Source: Kudoa neothunni
Lineage: Eukaryota > Animalia > Cnidaria
Assembly: GCA_964304625.1 (NCBI GenBank)
Contig: OZ199839.1
Coordinates: 10,027,201-10,091,200 of the forward strand
Reading direction: 5' to 3'
DNA: 64,000 bases
The position numbers and the translations under genes were made by a program. Each line of letters opens with the position of its first letter. Position 1 is the first letter of the stretch. Under the pieces are notes generated by a model that was given only the letters and a program-made list of their open reading frames with translations, was not told the origin of the DNA and made no database searches. This document shows, one piece after another, positions 53,717 through 64,000 of this stretch.

Positions 53717-55061
53717 ATTAAAAACTAGAACAATAATTATTAATTATTAAGCTACAATAAAAAATTATAATACGATATTTTCTAAATAAATCCGATATAA
53801 CATTTTTGTAATATTATGTATTAATATCCAGATAATTTCGTTTTTCAATCAATCAGGAAATGATAGATAATTATTTTATTTTTATTTAATATAATAATAA
53901 TATACCTTTGATTATTAAATAAAATGTTAAATTTATCGCCAAATTATTCATCTGAATAGTTCGGACACTTTTATATCTTCGATTAACCCAAATAATATTT
54001 TGTTATCTGTAAACTAAATATAAATAATTTAAATTGTCTTTATAATCGAATTTCCCGAAATAATTGTACAAAAAATTTATCAAACGACATAATTAAATTA
54101 TCAACAATTTATTTATACGGTTTCTTAATTGAAGTCTGCATTTATTCTAGTTTTAACTCAAATTCGTGCTTTAACGTTTAATCCTTTTCAAGTAATTAAA
54201 TTACTAATTTTTATTTGGGAATGGTTATATTTTACATATATATATATATATATAGTAGGTAATCAATTTCACACATATTTTAAAAACCTATTTAATTAAA
54301 ATATTGATTAGCCTTTGCTTATATAATATGTATCTAATAAACTTTTAATCTAAATTTATATAAAAATTATTGGAAAAAATTGCTAAATAATGTAATTAAA
54401 AGTCACCTGATTGACCAATTTCGCGCACTTTTTTCGGTTACATTTTGTTTATTATTTAGTTAAGTCATTATTTAATGCCAAAAAAATCCCAAAACTATAT
54501 CTATTGCCGTAAAGTACAATATTACTTATTATTATGAAATTCTCCAATCGGATGACCCAAAACCTGCCACTATATCACGTTTTGAAATATCTATTATCTC
54601 GACTCCTAATGATATTTTAGAGATGAAAAATAAAATAATCAAAACTTATTAAGCTTTTTTGAATCTAAAAATAGAAATCATTTGCATGCAGTACAATTTA
54701 ATTCTGTTGATGAAGATGTATATGAGTGGATTGAGTGGACACCAAGCAAAAAGATTGTAGTAAGCGTCGTCAGGATAATTATCATGAGAAATTAACTAGG
54801 CAAAGAAAAGGGTTTACCTCCATGTGCAATTCGTGGAGGGTTTCGCAGTAAAAAGAATAAAACATTTAAAAATAAAATTTTACCAATTTAACTGCTAGTG
54901 CTACGTCTGAAACTATTTCAGAATGGATCAATTTTAATCTGAACATTTTCCAGAAGATACACTGAAAATTTTATTTACAATGTACACGAAATTGCCTTAT
55001 TCTAACAATAGCAACAACGGGGTTATTTCAAAAACTTCTAAAAAGTAGTATTTTGCTGTTA

Positions 55062-56432
55062 TAGGGTTTCCCGATCTAATTCGGCATTTTTGCAATCGAT
55101 TGCGACACCTTTGCAATTAAACACATTCTATGAATAACACGCAAAAAAAAGTACACTTTAATACTCAAATCCATAATTATTATCATCACTGTTATTTATT
55201 CTAATATTACCTCTCTTCGAGAAGACCTTGTGATATAGCCAAGCATTTTTCGATAGAACCCATCATAATGTGTATGTGTTATTTCGTCGAAACATTCAAC
55301 AATAGCTAATTTCAGCTATTTCTCGTCTTTACACTATCTCCTTATTATTAAGTTTTTCTAGACAGAAAAAACGTTCTCAATAGGGTTGAAAAAGAGTGAA
55401 TATGGAGGCAGGTATTTTACGGCCAAATTTTCTGCATCAATTATGTCCTGAAGACCCCTATAGTGATTGATTTTTGCGTTATCCACAATAAATATTGGAT
55501 CAAGGATCCCATTATTAAAACAGCTAGTTTTAAGCTCCAACAAGCAAGCAAGCTTTAAAGTCTTCGCCGGTTACGGCCTTATCATGTATTTTATTATAAA
55601 TCACTTGATTGTTATTGACTGCAGCAACCACAGAAATGTTCCTACTTCTAGCGACCGACACAAAACAATACGCTGACTTGCCTCTCAATGCACGTCCTCT
55701 CTTGGGTCGGGTAACTACAGAAAATCCCTCTTTGTCCAAAAATTAGAGGCTTTCATGCATTGACGTGATTTCTAGTTCCCCCAAAAATTTCCGCATATTG
55801 GAACCGCTTTTCTATTGTTGTAGAACAATTCCTACTTTCATGAATACTTACAACAGATTTGAGAGTGTAATGGAACTCTCCGATTACCCTACCGAATGTA
55901 CTAAGGGATACGATAACTCCAAATTCGTCGTGGGGCTTTTGTTTTAGTTCTTTTAAAGGTATTAATGAATTTTCATCAATCCAACTGATTATTTTTTCCT
56001 TTTGATCAATTGAAAGAAGTAATCGTTTGTCTACATCTCTAGGTTTTGTAGCAAGAGTGCCGGTGCTTCTAATTTAGACAATATAGACCAAACTGTGAAT
56101 CTCGGTAACCTCAATTTCGAAGCGATATAATTATAAATTTTTCCATCTAAGAAAAAATGGTACATCTGCTCCCTTAAATCGGCTGAGATGATTTTTCTTT
56201 GTTTTCTTTTAGGTTGCATATTTGATGCCGATCTAGCCGAATCAAATTGCTCTGAAACCATACACTCTGAGACACTTGAAACCTTGCACATATTTAAATT
56301 CAAGTAGATTAACAAAAACCTGTTCAAAATCAATGCGTAGCGTTAAACGAAAATGCGCGTTGAAAACAATATCTTGATTGCATAAGTGCTGAGTTTGATT
56401 GCAAAAGTACCGAGATAGATTGGGAAACTCTA
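55062..56432 (-). mobile_element. IS630/Tc1-superfamily DNA transposon (DD34E), frameshifted
   Basis: About 36-bp imperfect TIRs TAGGGTTTCCCGATCTA / TAGAGTTTCCCAATCTA with TA flanks. N-terminal HTH, FLDKEGF, IVDNAKINH, LPPYSLFFNPIE with 34 residues between D and E. Confidence 0.9.
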
Positions 56433-59400
56433 TATTTTTTTGAGTTTAAATATCTTTTAAAAATAAATATAAAGTTAACTGGCATTTTAAACGCAATTTG
56501 ATCATTATTAAATGTAAATTTTTTCTAAAATAATTGCACACGCGAGTACGTGAATTTGGACGTGACCGATTTGACGCACTTTTTTCTTGGTCCGAGGGGA
56601 ATACGTGAAATTGGATTCTCCATGCATTCATTATTCAAAAACTTCTAACATATTTTTAGAAAAGGTTATCATTATTTTATTTAAAACACATAATTTGCGA
56701 TTAAAGTTAGTTGCCATAGAGAAATGACTTGGTGGGTCTATACAGGTTATAAAAAAATAAGATATTGATATAGTTTTTAAATAATTTAATTTTTGTTATA
56801 AAAATTTAAGGTAAAAAGTCATATTCTGTTTAAATTCCAATTATGTTCCAATCTCCAATTTATCATGTTACTTGAATAAAATATAAAATTGAAATTATTT
56901 TATTTTTTGAACATGTTTTATCCATTTTCATGATTACCAAAATTTTCTAATTTAAAAACTGATAAAACCATCAAAAGTATTCACAAGACTGGATTAATTA
57001 ATTTCATAGTAAATTAAAGTATCTAAACACTTAACTTTTTCCGACTTCAGATTTTAATCGTCAATCAAATAATTACTAGATACTTTTTACCCCAAAATGG
57101 ATTCAATATGATATGAAAACTGTGTAGAATTATGATTTATTCATCTTAACGATAGTTTTAGGATCTGATTTGATAAGTGCTACAGAAAAAAAGCAGTCTA
57201 TTCTCATTAAGTGTTATTCGGTTATTCAATAAGAAATTAATAGTTTATTCTATCAATCTGATATTATTACAAGGTTTCAATTAATTTGAGAACAAATGGT
57301 TAAAAAAGTATTCCGAAACAGTAGGATAATGTGTTTATTTTTAAATAAGAGACGTTTTTTGAGAAATCCAACTGACTGTTAATCATTACTGTACATTTCC
57401 AACTCCAACCAACACAGTTATATCATCGATTGAAACAAAATTTTTTAATTACGTTGGTTTTTCGAATTGAATGCTTCGTTTTTAAAGAAGAGCAGATAAA
57501 TTTATTTAAATGTCTAAAAATCGTGCTAAAATAATGAAATTATAATTTGCCGCTTAAAAACGTTAATTTAAAATTAGATTAAGTTTCTGCATGAAATCAT
57601 CCGAAAAGTGTAATATTTGACATTATTTTTTATACATTAAAATCTGTATTTTTATACCTTCCGTGTCTGATAAATTTTAGACGCATATATTCAATTTTAT
57701 ATCTCAATGATGTTATTTATTTTGAGAAAAAAACAAAAGTAAAGAGTTGTAATACATCCGGTTACTGTATGGTTTTTAAATCGTTTTGTTTATGCATTAT
57801 TTAGATTACTCATTCAAAGTCATCTAGTGTTATTAATTTTTAAAATAAGTTTAAAAATTATAATAAACTTATTTATACCATTCTATTTATATTTAGGCAT
57901 AAGTATATTCATTGTTTGATTAACGAAATTGGCTAATGTTCAAAAAAAGCAACAAACTTAAAAACATCTCATGGAAAAATAAATGTTTAAGTTTTTAACT
58001 TACTATTAAAATACTTTGTCTATTGTAATTTTTTCATTTAAAAAACATTTGACTCTAAAATCCCTATCACACACTACCCAACAAAGTTGGGATTTCTTTC
58101 TAGTATATATTTAATATTTTATCCCGGTGTCTTTAAAAACTTAAGCGAGACCTAATTTACCTCTGATAAAAATATATTTATGGAACTTTTAAAGCTATAA
58201 AAAAATTATTTTATTTTTCATTGAAAATATCAAAAGTTATAAATCATTTTAAATAATGATTTTATAGAATTTATCATTGTTAAGCGGATTACACAGCATC
58301 GAAAATCCAATTAAAATACGTCTATTTTAGAATAATGGTCGTTTGAAGTTTACATTTAACCTTATATACGAAAACCATAAGTGAATTTATATTTATCATA
58401 AGTTTATATAAAGTAAATGTGCCTTTGAGATTGCTCAAATGAACTTATTAATTTTTAATACGAAGATAATTAATCCGATTGATCAAAATTATCTTAAATT
58501 TTCACCTAGCTAGATAGATTTTGGTATTTTCTATGATGTTTATAAAATAATTTCAATTCTGTCTATTAAATTCGCTGAATATATAGACAAATTAATAAAT
58601 TAAATTCTTCCCTCTATATATTAAAACTTTTTTAGGATATTTTTAATCCTTTCATTCCCTGCTCCACATTTTTTGTTTACAGCCTTAAGATACTATATCG
58701 CATATAAATGTTTATTCGTAATGATTTAAAAAGTTAAAATTCTCAATAAATTTATTATCAGCTATTATCATCTAATTAAAGAAAAAACTGAAAATTAAAT
58801 ATAAATACTAGTCCTATGAGTCATAATCTCGAAATAATTTCACGGTGTCACAAAATGCATTAAACATGTATTTTGTATCTTATTTGTTAACAACGGCTTA
58901 TTATAATCAGTATATTCTTATATCGATCAATTTTTTGTGCATACGCACCAAGTTGGATCCAACTTTCATTTCCAAAACTATTCCGTATCTATAAATATAT
59001 TAAGCTGGAGTTTTTAAAAGGTGCTTCAAGAAACTGAATTCTAGTATATATATATATATATATATATTTATATTCATGTTGTAGATTCATTTTATAATTA
59101 CAAATAATGATGGTAGTTTTGTATCAAATAATTCCCAACTATAATCCATGTATAACTGCAGTGATTAGGGGCGCGCGAACCTAAATATTAGATAATATCT
59201 GTTGTGACTTTAAGTTGCAGTTCTCTAAGCGTATTGAATCTTTACAAAACTTTTTTAAATTAATTTCTTCAATTTTCCAAGTATATATATAAATACTTGG
59301 AAACTATGGCAACTATTATTTTAAACAAAGTGTTAAATAGAATAAATTACGATACTTCGTAAAAATGGAGTTGATTGTTTAAAACGTGGTTACTTCAAGT

Positions 59401-59954
59401 TTTTGGCTGCGTTGACTAGTGTTATAACTCTAACATTATCTTTCATTTTTTTAACAGATTGAAATCAATATAACATTTTCTCTCTTGTTCATTTAAATTT
59501 TCAATGAATAAGAGAAATGAAAGGTTTAAAAGCAGAAAATGTTCACTCCCTGAAAAAGTTGGAAACTTTATGCTAGTTAAATACAAAAAATACATTAATT
59601 CGATGTGACTCAGATATTACATGTTTTAAGTCAATGTAATAACAAAATATTCCTTTTTCTGACCTTATTTATTTTTATTTAAGATTAGGTCACAAGGAGT
59701 CAACTCAATATGTAATTGAAAACTATCATTTAAATTGGAACAAATTATAATATACCCAGTAAGTAGTCAGATTATCAAACAAAAAAAACTAAGAATAACT
59801 AAACTAAGAAAAGTTCGTAATATAACGACGGTATGGTAAGGTAAGGATATGGAAAAGGAAAAAGGACGAAACTTTAACGATGGAAATAGGAGGGGATGGT
59901 ATGAAAAGATTTTATGTAGATGATACCATATTTCGAATATTTGGGATGAAGTTC

Positions 59955-62900
59955 TTATATGAATTCTCCTTCCGATTGTTGCCATTGTTTGAAGATCGAA
60001 CATCGATTGTAATCAGGGTTGGACTCTGCTTCAAGCATTTTTATGAGTAGGCTGTCGTCGCTGTAGTCGAATCCATATACACCCTCGGAGGGAATAAGTC
60101 GGATATGGTTGTTTATTTCGTTTTGATGGATGATGCCGTTGGCCAAATAACCAGTAGAATTTTTGATTGAAGAGACAATTTGACACTTTGGGCAACCTAA
60201 AAGTATAGATGCTTATTAATCATTGTCATGCATATTGGAATAACAACATTCAAAGTAGTCAATTTTCTTGGCGTCTCTTCTTGGTTTTCGCGCGTCATTA
60301 CCCCGTCTCTCCCCGTAAGCGTATTTGTTATAATGTTTCTTCATTTCGTTAATCTTAATCAAAAAAGATTCAAACAAATAAGATTTAGCATCAAATTACT
60401 TCAGAAAATGTGTACGCTGTCCTCGAGCTGAATCGCAGAATGCTAACAGGGCCGCAAATAGACCTCGAATTGGATGGAGAAGTGGGATTATAACCATTTA
60501 AGGTGACACACAGTTTAACTATATACTTTTCAGATGATTTTAGTAACACCTAAAAATTAAGACAACATCAACAAAAATCAGAAATAAATATGTTATTGTT
60601 TCTGCTGTAAGTTTTGTCACCATTTTTGGATTCTCTGTGAGTTGTTCATTGTTTGTGAGTTTAATTTCACTAAAAGAAATAGAATCTTCCATCCATTTTG
60701 ATCCTTTCTGCTCGCCCAATCTATGTTTGTATTCAACACAACGTGCCGAATCATCTTCAATGATGAATTCCTCGGTGTTTTCATCCTTCACAACTCTGCA
60801 GAATTTCAAGGAAAACCTGTATGTGGTGTTTGGTTGGAGGTTTTTAGGCGTGAAATCAATTCTAGGGAATATATTCCTATATAGGAGTTTATTGTTGTTT
60901 TTTCGTCAATTTAACATCTCTAAAAATTTATGCATATACCTTCCACTTCTATTCACTTTCTGTTCATTCCCATATGCCAAGAAAGAAACAAAATTTTCAA
61001 CATCCTTGATTTGGAATAGAAGATGTTGAATGAAGAAATAGGAACAATCGATTTTTCCCAACTGGCGCAACAGCGATTTCTTATTAAATGAATCTGGCAA
61101 ATGTTCTATATGAATATCTAACAAATAGGTGTAAATATTTACGTATTAATAATAAACTTACTTGGCAACATATAATGTCGGACGTAATATCCATATATTC
61201 TCATTCCAGCCAACCATTCCTGCGCCAATAAGGGGTCATCTAAACATAGACCACCGTTTTTTTGAAAAAACTACTCTATTATATACTTGGTTGAATAACT
61301 GACATAAAACCATTTTTCCAAACATGTGTATTGTTGGTTAATTGTTTGATAGGCGATACACGTAAGAAAGGTTCGTGCCTTGTAGCAATTTCCCTTAATG
61401 TTTTTCCGCAGCTAATTATTTGTTGAACATTTTTCCTTCGGATAGTTCCATTTCTCCGTTTCGGAGGAGTCTTCGCTCTCCTTGGGCTACGCGAGTTAAC
61501 GCCTATGTTGGCTTCGGGAATTGAATTAACATAGCTGTTTGGTTCACTAGGTTGTTGTTGCTGATGACAATGAGTTACACCATTTATGTGGCATGTATTT
61601 CTCATGCGGGTTTCGAGACTGTCTGTATTATTGCCAAGGAAGAGGATTTGGCCCACACCGGTGTGTGACGCAGTGAGGGTTGAGTTCGACAAGCCTTGTT
61701 TGTTGATTGTCGTTTTCTGATGTTGTTGCCTCTTGTTATAGTATCCATTATCCTGGCTCATGGAATATTGTAAATCATCTCCATTTATATTTTGAAAATT
61801 TACTAATAAAAAGTGAATATGTTTGATATCACGTATCTTATTACGTTGATCTATTAAATCCGTTTTAACGACTTCGGTCACAGTAGTAAAATCTCTACTG
61901 GCTAATTGACTACCGTTTTCTGGGGGGTTAGTTTGTAAAATTGTTTTTGTATCTCTGTATATACATTAAGTTATAATCAACATTAAAAATAATTATTTAA
62001 TTTTTACGTGTGGATTTGACTAGCAGGCGCCGAAAACAATGAATCATCAGTTGTTGAAAATCCATTTAACCCTTTATTGTTATCACAATGTAGTTGAGTG
62101 TTTGAATGGCCCATTGCTAGCTTAGTATGATCTATATCACAGATTTTAAATATAAGAATATATGTACAATAGAAATACCTTGAGCGTAACTTTGATCGGA
62201 AAGGTTATTCGTCGTACATGTAGGGGGAAGCTGACTGACTTTATTGATCAGTTGAAGTGGCTTAGTGTCATTTAATATGGATGCTAACTGGCGTACACTT
62301 TCATTTAGGCTAACTGGAGGTCGATTGCTTTGGTAATACTCAATCAAATTTCTCATATTATTGGTTGGATTTGCATCCAGAGAAAAAGCAGAATTGTTGG
62401 TGGTATTAATGTTTCTTGGGTTACAATTTTGTTGAGAGTACACTAATTGATGCTCTTGTGGAAGTGGACCGTTGTTTTTTGATTCCACTATTGAAGCGGG
62501 AAAGAATGCAGGGTAGAGAGATTGGTTACGAATACGGCTGAAATTGTTATCGAATTGAGTTACAGGAATACCAAAGTTGGTTGAGGAGAGTGTGCAAGAC
62601 CAGTCTGGGTAAGATGGCACAGAAGTGTTCTGTTGGGATTGGATCTGATAGTGATTGAAATCTAGCTCTGGAAATTGGCTCACTGTTTGGGGAAAAGAAT
62701 TTTGGATATGCTCTTGTTGTGGGTAGAGGTTACCGTTATAATTGTAACTATTTGGAAACGTAGCATTGTTGATGACGTGGAGATTGTTTATTTGCCCAAA
62801 GTTTGGGTTTGGTGGCAAGAGCTGGTGGTCATATGAGGTGCGGAAATTTGGAGCCAAATTTATCCCGCGAATCGGATAAGCAGTCGTTAGATTATGGGGT

Positions 62901-63085
62901 ATAACTGTCTGATTGTCATAGATACTTCCAATCATTGGATTCGACTTGTATCCGTTCACGCTAGCATCATTACCAGGTAGATAATACCCATTATTGACTC
63001 CATTGACAGCGGAATTGTTGCCCAGTGTTTGCTGGTTACTTGTGTATGGAACTATATTATTCATTGGTACCGACCGATTCTGCAT
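59955..63085 (-). CDS. Divergent T-box transcription factor with long N/Q/P-rich N-terminal region
   Basis: GNEQKVNRSGR|NIFP...NLQPNTTY...GSKWMEDSISFSEIKLTNN...|VLLKSSEKY...RTAYTFSE|INEMKKHYNKYAYGER aligns to the T-box consensus, with introns at typical T-box positions. The domain lies at about 60300-60990. The start codon is uncertain. Confidence 0.88.
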
Positions 63086-64000
63086 TTTCGAAGTTTTAAA
63101 TCCTTCACACCTCAAACAAAACAAAATAACCTAATCTAATTGAGGTAATCAGTAAATTTGCCACATTTTGAAAATCCGCCGCTTGTCACCCATTTAGCTC
63201 TCTCCATAATTGGCTGAACAATAAACATAGAAGCAAAACAATGTTCTAGGAGTTACAAAAAGTTGAAAACCAATAAAATTCTGTTGTTAACTTCTTAAAC
63301 CTTCCATCATAACATCCTTATAATGATGATTAGGCACCAAAATTTAATTAATAAATTAATATAGTTATTCCAAACCCAAAAGCATAAGAATAACTAAGAT
63401 GGTGGTTAGACTAACATACGCCTAATCAAAAGAAGTTTTCACCAAATTGCCACTAAATTTTGAGGTGTTGAAAGCCCATATAAGGAGGTTACATCATCGG
63501 ATTAAATTCAAGAGTCCATTTAGGTTTAATCTCTTGTTTTACCACCAAATTAGATCAGCTCGCAAAACAAACTACTAATAATTTAAGTTTAGACCAATAA
63601 TGTAATATACGTGGGTTCCCCTTCGAATTCTCTTCGACTGATTGTAAACTACAATATTTGACTTGTATAGCGAATAAGTGGTTAAAAATATTTTGTTATC
63701 ACCTTATTATTTGCTGGTAATTTCATGAATCTAATATCGTAAGGCAAACAAACTATTGTATATATCCTTGTGTTTAATTGCAGATAGCGCTGTAAAGCAG
63801 GCTTTATAGTAAACATAATTATGTTATTTCCATTTCTTGGAGAAGAGCCATTATAAATAGTAAATAATAAATAATGATCTAATTTTGAGTTTCTGTCAAC
63901 CTGTCAATGAAAATTAATGGAAGTCAACTGGCTCGAATGTGACGCCGGCGGATTCTAATCCAAAAAGTATCTTAGACATCCAACTAACTTGTTTGGATTT

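Noticed and set aside
58915-59010. Diverged inverted match to about 34090-34190
   Set aside because: Consistent with two old copies of a dispersed non-autonomous repeat. No sign of function.
63086-64000. Additional coding exons upstream of the T-box gene
   Set aside because: Could not build an open spliced frame. Likely 5' UTR or regulatory sequence.

Overview
Very AT-rich eukaryotic (animal) genomic DNA with tiny GT-AG introns, mostly 39-60 nt, so the ORF track fragments nearly every gene. A T-box gene and a proprotein convertase resembling the Hydra PC3-like enzyme suggest a compact-genome cnidarian, probably a myxozoan parasite (inference). I reconstructed seven host genes by hand. Three are tandem minus-strand paralogs (6095-9812, 21890-24739, 34746-37445) of an unrecognised ~800-aa surface protein built from four-cysteine FN3-like modules. 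The others are an orphan gene with a tandemly duplicated exon+intron unit (13567-18518), an atypical proprotein convertase (42390-44972), an Mff/TANGO11-like gene (53018-53716) and a divergent T-box factor (59955-63085). The rest is mostly decayed, nested DNA transposons (hAT/Buster, piggyBac, Merlin, IS630/Tc1, Helitron-like). The best candidate for a new system is the receptor cluster. Copies 2 and 3 share near-identical upstream DNA and introns but differ in hypervariable coding patches. Copies 1 and 2 are membrane-anchored with short S-x-I tails, while copy 3 stops just before a decayed transmembrane exon, giving a predicted soluble paralog. All gene models are manual, with no transcript or database support.
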